From Candidatus Enteromonas sp. (GTDB lineage Bacteria; Bacillota_I; Bacilli_A; RFN20; CAG-826), in contig JAXFGC010000004.1 in assembly GCA_034171505.1 (NCBI GenBank), positions 15,269 through 79,268 of the forward strand: DNA of 64,000 nt, in the 5' to 3' direction. The position numbers and the translations under genes were made by a program. How positions within the stretch are numbered: position 1 is the first letter of the stretch; each line of letters starts with the position of its first letter. Under the pieces are notes generated by a model. The model worked only from the letters and a program-made list of their open reading frames with translations. It was not told the DNA's origin and did not search any database. Below are positions 38,660 through 48,516 of the stretch, piece after piece.

Positions 38660-38739
38660 GAAAGGCAAAGGAAAAGGCCGCCAAGGCGGCCCTCCCGTAA
38701 CATCACTTATAATATAGCCTAGTACCTTGCGTCTGTCAA
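38660..38739. repeat. ~80-bp direct repeat copy B
   Basis: gaaaggcaaaggaaaaggccgccaaggcggccctcccgtaacatcacttataatatagcctagtaccttgcgtctgtcaa. Confidence 0.75.
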
Positions 38740-38860
38740 TTCAAAAACAAGAAAAAAGCCGTCAAGTGTAACTTGACATGATGATTGCAACAAATGGCGG
38801 ATTGCCCCCGCCTTTTCCTATAATGGGGTCCCCCGCCGCCGGAAAGGAGGACAAACAAAC

Positions 38861-39592
38861 ATGGAAAAGAAAAAGAAAAAGGCGAGGATCAACCGCGACC
38901 AACGCGCCAACATCCAAGCCGCGATCGCCATGGGGAAGACCCTGGCCGAGACCGCGGCCATCATCCGAAGGCCCAGGTCCACCGTCTACCGGGAGGTCTT
39001 GGGCAACGCGGAGGCGAGGGACGGCTCCCATTCCTGCTCGTCCTGCTCCAAGGGGTGCCCGCCGGAGCGCCGCCGCCGCTTCTTCCGGGGGAAATGCCCG
39101 GACTACGAGCAGCGGGACTGCGAGAGGTGGAGCCGCTGGCCCCACGTCTGCAACGGCTGCCCGAAATCCGGCCGCTGCCACCGCCCCAAGAGGTACTACG
39201 ACTGCGTCTCCGCCGACGCCTCCTCGACGGCGAAGCGCTCCGCCGGGCGCTCCCACGGGGCCCTCTCGCCCGAGAAGGTCGCCGAACTCGACGAGAGGGT
39301 CTCGCCCCGGATCAAGAAGGGGCAGTCGATCCACCACATCTACGCGACCGACCCGGCCCTCGGGGCCATCTGCTGCGAGAGGACGGTCCGCCGCTACGTC
39401 TACAAAGGGGCCCTCACGGCGAAGTGCCACGAGCTCGTCCGCTACGTCCGCTTCAAGCGGCAATACGGCCCGGCCAAAGGCCGGAAAAGCGCGGAGGACC
39501 GCAAGAGGTTCCGCGCGGAAAGGGTCCTCGGGAGGACGTTCAGCGACTACCTGGACTGGGTCGCGGACAACCCCCTCGCGAGCCGCTGGCAG
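38861..39592 (+). pseudogene. IS30-family transposase, N-terminal 244 codons (HTH region), truncated by the IS21 insertion
   Basis: RINRDQRANIQAAIAMGKTLAETAAIIRRPRSTVYREVLGN matches the IS30 N-terminal HTH. The frame ends ..SRWQ* exactly at the IS21 boundary. Confidence 0.7.
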
Positions 39593-39688
39593 TGATTATG
39601 GCAAGATAAAAAGCGCCAATTCGGGCAATATAACATTTACCAGTTTTGGCAATGGGCGATAATGTCCCTCCGAAAGGAGGCTTCAGAC

Positions 39689-40897
39689 ATGTCGCTCGAA
39701 TCACACCTTAGGTTCCTGAAGCAAATGAACATCAAGCCAAACTACTCCGCGCTGTCCCGGGAGTTCAAGATGGACAGACACACGATCAAGAAGAAGATGG
39801 AGGGGCTCGACGCCCCTCCAAAGGAGAGAAGGCCTAGGCCTTCGGCGCTCGACCCGCTGGCCGGCGAGATCGCCGCAACCCTCGAGCAGAAAGGCGTCAG
39901 CATCGCGGCCGCCTATTGGTACTTCAAAAACGAGAAGGGGGTGACGTGCTCCTACTCGAACTTCAAGCACTACGCCAGATCCAGGGGGCTTGCCGACGGC
40001 AAGGCGGACCCGACCCCGCATCCGCTGTACGAGACCGCGCCGGGCGAGGTCCTGCAGTGCGACTGGGTCGAGTCGATCACCCTCAAATTGTCCGACGGGA
40101 GCGCGGCGCAGTTCAACCTGTTCTCCGCCACGCTGGCCTACTCGCGGCTCCATTACTTCGAGTTCACGGAGACGAAGACCGAAGGCGCGTTCAAACGCTG
40201 CCTCTGCCATTGCCTCGAATGGCTCGGAGGGGCCCCGAGGAAGGTCCTCACCGACAACATGTCCGCCTTGGTCTCCGTCAACAAAGGCAGGAGATCCGTC
40301 CACCCGACGGTCAGGCAGTTCGCGGCCGACATCGGGGTCGACATAAGGTTCTGCAGGGTGAGGACGCCGCAGACGAAGGGCAAGGACGAGTGCTCCAACA
40401 AATTCGCCAAATGGCTGCTCGCCTACGACGGGAAGCTCGCGTCGACGGAGGAGATAGCCGCTTTGGTCAAAAGGCTCGTCGCCGACGTCAACAACGAGAA
40501 GAACCAGGCCATCGGGGTCCCGCCCTCGATCGCCTTCGGCAAAGAAAAAGAACACCTGTCGCCGCTTCCGCCCGCGAGGATACTGAGGGAATACGAGAGC
40601 TGGTCGCACAGCTGCAAGGTCCCCCAGACGCAGTTGGTCTACTTCCGCAGCGCCAGGTATTCGGTGCCACCAAATCTTATCACGAAAACCGTCCAAATCG
40701 AAGAGGAGGGCGGGATCGTCTACATCTACCACGCCGGGGCGGTCGTCGCCAGGCACGAATCCGTCGCCAAAGGCGTCGCCTACCAGGAGGGCCACCTCAG
40801 GGCCGCGCTCGCCGCGACCTGCGTCGACGAATCGCGCATCGACGCCTACATCGAGACGACGCTCTCCAGGTTCAAGGAGCTGGGAGGCGGGGCATGA
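39689..40897 (+). CDS. istA: IS21-family transposase IstA
   Basis: DDE region (..LQCDW.., ..TDNMSA.., ..TKGKDE..). AAAGGAGG lies 8 nt before ATG 39689; the track start 39662 sits inside the RBS. Confidence 0.85.
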   Translation: MSLESHLRFLKQMNIKPNYSALSREFKMDRHTIKKKMEGLDAPPKERRPRPSALDPLAGEIAATLEQKGVSIAAAYWYFKNEKGVTCSYSNFKHYARSRGLADGKADPTPHPLYETAPGEVLQCDWVESITLKLSDGSAAQFNLFSATLAYSRLHYFEFTETKTEGAFKRCLCHCLEWLGGAPRKVLTDNMSALVSVNKGRRSVHPTVRQFAADIGVDIRFCRVRTPQTKGKDECSNKFAKWLLAYDGKLASTEEIAALVKRLVADVNNEKNQAIGVPPSIAFGKEKEHLSPLPPARILREYESWSHSCKVPQTQLVYFRSARYSVPPNLITKTVQIEEEGGIVYIYHAGAVVARHESVAKGVAYQEGHLRAALAATCVDESRIDAYIETTLSRFKELGGGA

Positions 40898-41646
40898 GCA
40901 CAAACTACGTCAAGCTGCTGAACGCCCTGGACGCGCTGGGCCTCCCCGAGTTCAAGGCGGGGCTCGACAGGGCCGTCGACTCCGTCAGCTCCGGCGCGAT
41001 GACCGTCGTCGACGCGCTTTGGTCGCTCTCGTCGAAGGAGCTCGAGGCCCGGCAGCGGAGGATCGACGACACCATGGTCAAGGTGTCGCACTTCCCGTTT
41101 TGGAAGACGGTCGACGACTACGACTTCTCCTTCCAGCCGCAGCTGAACAGGGACGAGATACTGGCCCTGACCGACCTGAGGTTCATCGAAAGCGCCGGGA
41201 ACGTCGTGTTCCTGGGGACGCCGGGGACCGGCAAGACCCATCTGGCCGTCGCCATCGGGATGGTCGCCGCCAAAAGCAGGTACAGGACCTACTTCATCAC
41301 GTGCAACGACCTGATCGCGGAGCTGAAGAAGGCGAAATCCGAGGGCCTATTGGCCAAGAAGCTGAAATACTACCAATCCTACAGCCTCATGATCATCGAC
41401 GAAGTCGGGTTCCTCCCGATAGAGAAGGGGGACTCGGACCTGCTCTTCCAGCTGATCTCGATGCGCTACGAGAAGAAGAGCACGATCATGACGAGCAACA
41501 AAGGGTTCAACCACTGGGGCGAGGTCTTCGGAGATCCAGCCCTCGCCAACGCCATGGTCGACCGGATTCTGCATCACTGCAAGGTCATCCAGATAGTCGG
41601 CCCATCCTACAGAATGAAAGGAAAGGAGGACCTCTTCAAAGAGTGA
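40894..41646 (+). CDS. istB: IS21-family helper ATPase IstB
   Basis: Walker A FLGTPGTGKTHLAVAIG, Walker B ..LMIIDEVGF... Start overlaps the istA stop (ATGA). Confidence 0.85.
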   Translation: MSTNYVKLLNALDALGLPEFKAGLDRAVDSVSSGAMTVVDALWSLSSKELEARQRRIDDTMVKVSHFPFWKTVDDYDFSFQPQLNRDEILALTDLRFIESAGNVVFLGTPGTGKTHLAVAIGMVAAKSRYRTYFITCNDLIAELKKAKSEGLLAKKLKYYQSYSLMIIDEVGFLPIEKGDSDLLFQLISMRYEKKSTIMTSNKGFNHWGEVFGDPALANAMVDRILHHCKVIQIVGPSYRMKGKEDLFKE

Positions 41647-41706
41647 TTACCGAAACTGGTGAAAAATAAATTGCCCAAAACGGTAAAAATTATCTTGCCT
41701 TTATCA

Positions 41707-42248
41707 GCTGGCAGCTGGACTCCGTCGTCGGCGGGCCCGGCTGCGGGAAGGCGATACTGACGGTGACCAACCCCGAGACGAGGTTCCAGTTCGGAACGCT
41801 CATCCGGTTCGGGAGGGCCGCCGACGTCGACGCGGCCCTCGCCCGGCTGAGGGGCGCCTTGGGCGCCGAGCGCTTCGCCGACGCGTTCGCCTGCTGCCTG
41901 GCCGACAACGGCAGCGAGTTCGCCACCCTCTACGCGGCGGAGGAGATGGGGATCCGGGTGTTCTACACCAACCCCTACAAGTCGACCGACAAAGCCGCCT
42001 GCGAGAGGAACCACGAAATACTAAGGTACGTCATCCCCAAAGGGGGCGACCTGGATTCCCTGACCCAGGCGGACGTGGACTTGGTGTTCTCCCACATCAA
42101 TTCCTACGTCAGGGAATCCAACAAGGACAAAACCCCGTACGATCTCCTGGCCGAGAAGTTCGGGGAGGACTTCCCGGGTCTGCTCGGGGTCAGCCGCGTC
42201 GAAGCGAGCGACGTGACGCTTAAGCCCGAGCTCCTCAAGAAGCCCTAA
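41707..42248 (+). pseudogene. IS30-family transposase, C-terminal DDE part
   Basis: ..CLADNGSEFA.. and ..ACERNHEILRYVIPKG.. are the IS30 D and E regions. The frame is open from the IS21 boundary: ..SWQLDSVVGGPGCGKAILTV.. Confidence 0.7.
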
Positions 42249-42337
42249 AACGCCGCTAGGGCGGCGGGGGAATCCGCAACCGCGGGCCGTTGCAACGACA
42301 TAGTCAAACGCGGCATCGGCCAACTTTCGCGGCGCCC

Positions 42338-42405
42338 AAAATGTACCCCTTCCGGGCGGAAAACTCAACCGAAACGGGGCCCACTGAGCCCGGAAGGGGT
42401 ACATT
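42338..42405. repeat. Perfect 18-bp inverted repeat forming a long stem-loop
   Basis: aatgtaccccttccgggc, a 29-nt loop, then gcccggaaggggtacatt. Confidence 0.65.
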
Positions 42406-42899
42406 CCCGCCCCAAAAAAACCGAAAAAATCAAAACAATCCTAAATTGGAACTATTTTGTTGCATTTTGTCTGTCACTTAACATGAGTTTCGCTTCCCCG
42501 TCCGAACTCGTCCCCCGGGAGGGGAATTTCGAGGCGTCGCTTCCGTCCCCTCCCGGGAAATACGCGGCGACCGAGGACCCTTCGAGGTTCCCCGCGTGGG
42601 CGAGGTGACTTACGAACCAGGCCGCGGAAAAAGAGACTCCAAAGCGAGAGTCCCTAGGAGGGAGATGCCTCCTAGGACGAGGAGATATCGGTTGTGGCAG
42701 GTCATTCCTCTTCGTTTCATGGGCAACATTTCCCCTCCCAACTTGGCGAAATACCGATTCTTTGAAAAATTCTTTTATCTTTTCTTTTCGTTTTAAAATC
42801 AAAAAGAAAGGGGGCATATATGCGAATTCATCCCCCTTTCGATTCGAAAACCCTCCATTTTATCCCTGACTATGTAAAAAGGACTCCCGAAGGAATCCT

Positions 42900-43574
42900 T
42901 TAGTTGATCGCGGGGGCCGCTTCTTCTTCGGGGGCGAAATCGGAAACGACGTTGACGGCGCTAGAGAGGGCAAACACCCCAATCATGATGCGGCTCGAGG
43001 CGTAGGAGAACCAATAGGTGAAGTCCCCCGAATGGGAATAGGCGGAGAGGATGGAATACGAGTTATCCCCCGCCGCGGCGAAGTAGCCAAGAACCAAGGC
43101 GACGATCAAGAAGATCCAATACATCGTGAGGTTATCCCCGTCTAACGCCTTCTTGAAGTAGAAGATGCCGGCGATGAGGCTCGCGACGAAGGAACCGAGG
43201 TAGATGAGCCCGGTCAGGATATGGACCGAACCCTTCCCGAAGCATTCGACGCTTCTCGAGGCGTAATAGGCAAGCGTCCAAACCACTCCGATTTCCACTA
43301 GCAGGATGTGGGAGGATTTTTTGCGCAACAACAAGTCGCAGAAGAGGGCGATGAAGAAAACCAAGGAGCCGATGAGGAAGATGAGGTGGATGATGGCTTC
43401 GCTCGTGTGGAGGTAAGCGTCCACCGCTTCTCCGGGTTTGAGGTAATCAAGTCGCCAGTTATAGGCCGCGGGATTCCCAAGTGCCACGAAATACATGATA
43501 AGGGCGTATAACCCGAGGGCGAACAAGAGGGTGATCGCGACGTAGAACCAATTGATGTGGAATTTCTTTTTCAT
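42900..43574 (-). CDS. Polytopic membrane protein encoded as the last gene of the opp operon
   Basis: MKKKFHINWFYVAITLLFALGLYALIMYF.. Start ATG 43574 overlaps the oppF stop (ATGA). Confidence 0.55.
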   Translation of the reverse strand: MKKKFHINWFYVAITLLFALGLYALIMYFVALGNPAAYNWRLDYLKPGEAVDAYLHTSEAIIHLIFLIGSLVFFIALFCDLLLRKKSSHILLVEIGVVWTLAYYASRSVECFGKGSVHILTGLIYLGSFVASLIAGIFYFKKALDGDNLTMYWIFLIVALVLGYFAAAGDNSYSILSAYSHSGDFTYWFSYASSRIMIGVFALSSAVNVVSDFAPEEEAAPAIN

Positions 43575-44782
43575 TTGGCTTCCCCTCCTTCCATTTGGGC
43601 TTTGTAGGCCGCTTCTTCTTCGTCGTTGCAAAGGACGAAGTGCCCCGGGGCGATCTCGCGGAACGTCGGCTTTTGCTTCGAGTAGTCGTGGTCGCTTTCG
43701 GGGTGATAGACCAAGCGGACCCGCGACTTTTCGCTTTCAGGGTCGGGCTTGGGGATCGCGCTTAAGAGGGCTTTGGTGTAGGGGTGCAAGGGATGGGCGA
43801 ATAGCTCATCGGAGGTGGCAAGCTCCACCATATTGCCGAAGTACATGACCGCGATGCGATCGCAGAAGTATTTGACGACCGAGAGGTCGTGGGCGATGAA
43901 GAGCATCGTGAGGTTCATCTCCTCCTTGACTTCGTTGAGGAGATTGAGGACCTGAGCGCGAATCGATACGTCAAGCGCCGAAATCGGCTCGTCGCAAATG
44001 AGGACGCGCGGATTCATAACCAAGGCGCGGGCGATGCCGATGCGCTGACGTTGGCCCCCGGAGAATTCATGGGGATAACGGGAGGCGTATTCGGGAATGA
44101 GGCCGACCTTGGAGAGGATTTGGCTCACCACTTCCCGGTTTTTGGCTTGGTTGTATTGGCCTTGGATGTGGAGGCCTTCCGCGATGATGTCTTCGACGGT
44201 CATGCGGGGGTCAAGGGAATCGATCGGGTCTTGGAAGATCATCTGGATCTCTTGGCGGAGTTTCTTCGGCGAATGCTTGTTGTCGTAAGCGATTCGCTTG
44301 AGCTTTTCCTTCACCTCGGCGATGTGCTTTTCAAGGTCCTTCTTGATGGAGTCGATTTCGCCGAGGTAACGCGCCTTGATGGCGGTGGCGTCTTCCGCGC
44401 TGCTCGCGTCGCTAAGATCCTCCTGCATTTGCTTGCGGAGTTCGGCGATCTTTTCCTTCGCGTGGATACGGCTCCACTTGATCTCTTTCTCGTAGTAACG
44501 GGTTCCCGCGGCGATGCGGTATCCCTTGTAATAGATGGCTCCGCTCGTGGGCTTGTATAGGCCGATCACGGAACGTCCGGTCGTGGTTTTTCCGCATCCG
44601 GATTCCCCGACGAGCCCAAAGCATTCGCCTTCCTTGACGTCAAAGGAAACGTCATGGACCGCTTTGGTCTTGTAATCGCCTTGGGCGAAGTATTCTTTGA
44701 GGTGGCGGACCGAAAGGATCACGTGGTTGTCCACGAGGCTTTGGTCAAAGGTCACCGAGGGGGTCTTCTTCTGCTTATTCAT
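43571..44782 (-). CDS. oppF: Oligopeptide ABC transporter ATP-binding protein OppF with a ~100-aa coiled-coil insertion
   Basis: Walker A GESGCGKTT. ABC signature LSGGQRQR. Walker B ICDEPISALD. The charged insert lies between the Walker A and the signature. Confidence 0.85.
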   Translation of the reverse strand: MNKQKKTPSVTFDQSLVDNHVILSVRHLKEYFAQGDYKTKAVHDVSFDVKEGECFGLVGESGCGKTTTGRSVIGLYKPTSGAIYYKGYRIAAGTRYYEKEIKWSRIHAKEKIAELRKQMQEDLSDASSAEDATAIKARYLGEIDSIKKDLEKHIAEVKEKLKRIAYDNKHSPKKLRQEIQMIFQDPIDSLDPRMTVEDIIAEGLHIQGQYNQAKNREVVSQILSKVGLIPEYASRYPHEFSGGQRQRIGIARALVMNPRVLICDEPISALDVSIRAQVLNLLNEVKEEMNLTMLFIAHDLSVVKYFCDRIAVMYFGNMVELATSDELFAHPLHPYTKALLSAIPKPDPESEKSRVRLVYHPESDHDYSKQKPTFREIAPGHFVLCNDEEEAAYKAQMEGGEAK

Positions 44783-46352
44783 GGTGGGCCTCCTTTGCGC
44801 GGGCTAAGGAATTGGCGATGCGGGTGGAGACGATTTTGGGCATCGTCGCCTTCGGGGCGCGGTCATCGCAAAGCCAAGTCGAGGCGTAATGGGTGGGGCT
44901 TAATTGATACATCGGGGGCTCTTTCTTGAAGTCGATGCCCATCGCGTATTTGCTGCGGAGGGCAAAGGCATCCCCCACGGGCGGGAAGAGCATATTGGGC
45001 GGGGTTCCCGGGATGGCTTCGAGTTTTTCTTTGCTATCGACGTCGGGAATCGAGGAAAGGAGGGCCCAGGTGTAGGGGTGGGCCGGGGAATAGAATACGT
45101 CACGCGCGGTGCCGTATTCGACGATTTTGCCCGCGTACATCACCGCGACGCGGTCCGCCATATTGGCGACGACGCCGAGGTCGTGGGTAATGAAGATGAC
45201 CGACATGTGGTGGTCCTTCTTCAGCCGGTTGATGAGTTCCAAAATCTGGGCTTGGATGGTGACGTCAAGCGCGGTGGTCGGTTCATCGCAAATAAGGACG
45301 TCGGGTTCGGCGGTCAAAGCGATCGCGATGACGATGCGTTGACGCATGCCGCCCGAGAACTCAAAGGGATATTGGTTGAAACGCCTTTCGGGTTCGGGGA
45401 TACCGACTTCCGCCATAATCTTGAGGGCGCGTTCTTTGGCTTCACGGTGGGTGACGCGGATTTCGCTTAAGTAGCGGCGGTGTTCCGCGATGAACTCCCC
45501 GTAAAGTTCCTTGAAGTCCTTAAATAGAGGGAAGACGAGGCGGCCGTCCACTTTGGAAGGCAAGAAAGCGTAAAAAAGCTTATGGAGTATCGGCTTCCGT
45601 TTTTCCCGGTGGCGGAGTTCGATGTCGTCGCGCTTGGCTTTGACCTTGACCTTGGCTTCCTTTTTGGCCGCATTCAGGGTGGCGCGTTTTTCCTGCACTT
45701 TCCTAGAAAGGCGCGTCACTTCCGTTTCATGCTTTTCTTGGCGGGCGGAGAATTCCTTTTCGAGGGAAGCGAGAAGTTCTTCTTTTTTGGCCTTCTTCGC
45801 CTCTTTCACCTTCTCAGCGAACGCTTTCTTGAAACGCTTGAACTCCGCTTTTTCGAGTTCGAGGAGACGGAGGGTGTTCTTGTAATCGATGAACGGCTCG
45901 TTGATCAAGTCGTTGAAGTAACGTTTCAGGTGGTTGCCGTTGATGATCATGACCTCGGTCATCTGCTTGCCGATTTTCATGATGGGGTTGAGGGAGGACA
46001 AGGGATCTTGGAAGATCATGCCGATCTTCGTGCCGCGGATGCGGTGGAACTCATCTTCGGAGACCTTGGTCAAGTCCTCGCCTTGGTAGATGACTTCCCC
46101 GGAGTCGATGTGGGCGTTCTTCGGGAGGATGCCCATGATGGTTTTGTTGGTGACGGATTTTCCGGATCCGGATTCCCCGACGATGCAGAGGGTCTCTTCC
46201 TTGAACAAGTCAAAGGCCACCCCGCGTACGGCGTGGACGTTTCCCCCGTCCGTCGAGAAGGAGATGCTCAAATTTCGGACGGAAAGGACGACTTCCTTGT
46301 TTTCGGGATTTTCCCCGGTGCAGAAAGGGTAATTAATCGTGGTGTAAGACAT
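44775..46352 (-). CDS. oppD: Oligopeptide ABC transporter ATP-binding protein OppD with a ~190-aa Lys/Glu-rich insertion
   Basis: Walker A GESGSGKS. Signature FSGGMRQR. Walker B ICDEPTTALD. Overlaps oppF by 8 bp. Confidence 0.85.
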   Translation of the reverse strand: MSYTTINYPFCTGENPENKEVVLSVRNLSISFSTDGGNVHAVRGVAFDLFKEETLCIVGESGSGKSVTNKTIMGILPKNAHIDSGEVIYQGEDLTKVSEDEFHRIRGTKIGMIFQDPLSSLNPIMKIGKQMTEVMIINGNHLKRYFNDLINEPFIDYKNTLRLLELEKAEFKRFKKAFAEKVKEAKKAKKEELLASLEKEFSARQEKHETEVTRLSRKVQEKRATLNAAKKEAKVKVKAKRDDIELRHREKRKPILHKLFYAFLPSKVDGRLVFPLFKDFKELYGEFIAEHRRYLSEIRVTHREAKERALKIMAEVGIPEPERRFNQYPFEFSGGMRQRIVIAIALTAEPDVLICDEPTTALDVTIQAQILELINRLKKDHHMSVIFITHDLGVVANMADRVAVMYAGKIVEYGTARDVFYSPAHPYTWALLSSIPDVDSKEKLEAIPGTPPNMLFPPVGDAFALRSKYAMGIDFKKEPPMYQLSPTHYASTWLCDDRAPKATMPKIVSTRIANSLARAKEAHHE

Positions 46353-46353
46353 A

Positions 46354-48501
46354 TTAGTTATCCGCTCCTTTTAGCGACGGGTTGAGCGCGTCGCGCAAAC
46401 CGTTCCCGAAGAGGTTGAAGCAAATCATGATGAGGACCATGACGATGGAGGCGCTCACAATCATGTAGGGATAGTTGGTCAAATAGGCTTGGGCATCCGA
46501 CAAGGTGATACCAAAACTCACCACCCCGCCTTGGTATTGGAGGATGCCAGGCAAGAGGTAGGCGATGTTGGCTTCGGTGAAGATGACCGAGGGGATCATC
46601 AAGACGGCGCCTGTGACGATCGTTCCGATGCCGTTTGGCAAGATGTGGCGGAAGATGAGCCGCATGTCGCTCGCCCCCAAAGTACGGGAGGCAAGGACGT
46701 ATTCTCGACCCTTAAATCGGTAGAACTGACTTCGCGTGGTATGGGCGATTCCCATCCATCCAGTCAAACAGAGGGCAAGCAACAAAGTCCAGAAACTCGA
46801 GCCCATGAGCAAGACGATCAAGGTCATCATGACAATCCAGGGCATACCGCCGAGGATTTCGGTGAAACGTTCCATGATAATGTCGGTCCATCCGCCGAAA
46901 TAGCCGGAAATGGCGCCCCAGACAAGGCCAATGAAGATGTTGATGACCGCGCTTAAGCAGCCAAGTCCCAAGGAGGTGAGCAATCCGGAGAAGACGATCT
47001 TAAAGAAATCCATGCCGTTGTTGTTCGTGCCGAAAAGGTAATGGGGCATCGAACAACTTCCCAAGGCCCCTTCGTAGTAGTAATAACGGTAAAGCGAAAG
47101 GGTGCACTTGATGTTGCCGGTGGTTAGGCCGTCGCTTGTGGTGCGCTTGGTGTAGGACTCAATCGAGAGAATCGGGCAATGGACGGAATCCAAAATCGTG
47201 TACTTGTCTTCGCTTAAGGTCGCGTATTTGGGGGTGTAGACCCCATCGATAACTTCGATTCCGGTGTTGGGCAAACCCTCCCAGTCGATGTCGATGAAAC
47301 CCTTCGCGACAAAGTCGGTGAGGTAGATACCCGAGAGTTCGTAGTTCTCCTCCTCCCCAAACGCCGCTTCGTAGGGGTCGTAACGGAAGGTGCCGACCGT
47401 CGTTTCGCTTTGGGCGAGGGAACGGTTGACCGCCCCATAGTAATAGGTGTTGGTCCCATCGTCTTTTTGGATGTAGGAGGAATCCTCCTTCAAAGCGTTC
47501 TCCTTAAAGGCGTTCTCTTTCTTTAGTTGGGCCGTCGCGTCGGTAAAGACGAGGTTCTCAAACGGATTGACTTCTTTCGAAGAAGTCGCGGTGATTGCGC
47601 TTAAGAAGCAGGAATTCGAGCTTCCCGCGAGGGTGTCGCTATAAACGACCGTGTCAAACTTAACGGTTTGATAAGGGGCGCCAAGTTCGGCGACTTTCGC
47701 GGAGAATTCGGCGTTGTCAAAGGGTTTGACGACCACTTTCTCGGTTTCCGCGAGGTCCACCTTTTCGGCGAGGACGTAACGAAGCGCCTCTTCTTCCGAT
47801 TCGGGGTTGTCCTTTTGGATTTCTAAAACGATGTCGACGAACAAAGAAGTGTCTTCCGCGAGCAAGCGGAGGTAATAATCCTCGTCGAAATGGAAGGTCA
47901 AGGAGGCGTCGACGTCGTCCGCGTAAAGGTTCGCGGAGGCGGTTTTCCGTCCCGCTTCGGAAGCGACGAAGGTGCCTTGTTCTTCCACCCCGCCGGTCCT
48001 GAGGCGGATCGCCCCGCCCTTGCCGTATTTGAGAATCGAATCGGTCATACCGTCGATCTTCGTGGTACGTTTACTGATGGCGTCCAAGGCGGTTTGGCCT
48101 TCCTTCTTGATGATGGCCCTTTCCTTATATAAAGAGGGGTCGGGAAGACCGGTCACGGGGTCGAGGACCGCGTCGGTGATGGCCTTGGTGCCATCGAGGA
48201 ATCCCGCGTCATTGACCCCAAACCACTTCGGGGGAAGGTATTTGAGGGCGCTTTGGGGGACGGAGATGTTGTTTTGGTCCGCCATCGGAACAACGATGGC
48301 CATGCCGATGATGACGGCCAAAATGCAGGCCGCCACAACGGAGGATTTGTTCTTGACGAAACGACGCATCGCATCCTTGAAGAAGGTGGTCGGTTTCGTC
48401 TTGAACTTGACGTCGTGGATCGAGGCGTCTTGTTGGACGAAAGTGAAGTCGGAATCGAGGATTTCCACTTCGTCGGTCAAATGAAGTTCTTCTTTTGCCA
48501 T
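46354..48501 (-). CDS. oppC: Oligopeptide ABC transporter permease OppC with a large N-terminal extracytoplasmic extension
   Basis: 715 aa. BPD_transp_1 core at the C-terminus, with a ~400-aa extra loop. AGGAGG RBS. Confidence 0.85.
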   Translation of the reverse strand: MAKEELHLTDEVEILDSDFTFVQQDASIHDVKFKTKPTTFFKDAMRRFVKNKSSVVAACILAVIIGMAIVVPMADQNNISVPQSALKYLPPKWFGVNDAGFLDGTKAITDAVLDPVTGLPDPSLYKERAIIKKEGQTALDAISKRTTKIDGMTDSILKYGKGGAIRLRTGGVEEQGTFVASEAGRKTASANLYADDVDASLTFHFDEDYYLRLLAEDTSLFVDIVLEIQKDNPESEEEALRYVLAEKVDLAETEKVVVKPFDNAEFSAKVAELGAPYQTVKFDTVVYSDTLAGSSNSCFLSAITATSSKEVNPFENLVFTDATAQLKKENAFKENALKEDSSYIQKDDGTNTYYYGAVNRSLAQSETTVGTFRYDPYEAAFGEEENYELSGIYLTDFVAKGFIDIDWEGLPNTGIEVIDGVYTPKYATLSEDKYTILDSVHCPILSIESYTKRTTSDGLTTGNIKCTLSLYRYYYYEGALGSCSMPHYLFGTNNNGMDFFKIVFSGLLTSLGLGCLSAVINIFIGLVWGAISGYFGGWTDIIMERFTEILGGMPWIVMMTLIVLLMGSSFWTLLLALCLTGWMGIAHTTRSQFYRFKGREYVLASRTLGASDMRLIFRHILPNGIGTIVTGAVLMIPSVIFTEANIAYLLPGILQYQGGVVSFGITLSDAQAYLTNYPYMIVSASIVMVLIMICFNLFGNGLRDALNPSLKGADN

Positions 48502-48516
48502 GGGTCTCCTCCTTCC

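Larger units (their letters stand above)
39593..41706 (+). mobile_element. IS21-family insertion sequence (2114 bp) with terminal inverted repeats and an 8-bp target-site duplication
   Basis: Left inverted repeat TGATTATGGCAAGATAA. Right inverted repeat reverse-complement TGATAAAGGCAAGATAA (15/17). Internal GGCAAT-type sub-repeats near both ends. GCTGGCAG flanks both sides (39585-39592 and 41707-41714). Confidence 0.8.
38771..42484 (+). mobile_element. IS30-family element (approximate ends) whose transposase gene is disrupted by a nested IS21-family insertion
   Basis: Transposase halves at 38861-39592 and 41707-42248 join in frame across the insert's 8-bp target duplication. Imperfect terminal inverted repeats share TGCAACAAA: left around 38771-38805 (..aagtgtaacttgacatgatgattgcaacaaat), right around 42450-42484 (attttgttgcattttgtctgtcacttaacat). 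Ends are approximate. Confidence 0.5.
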
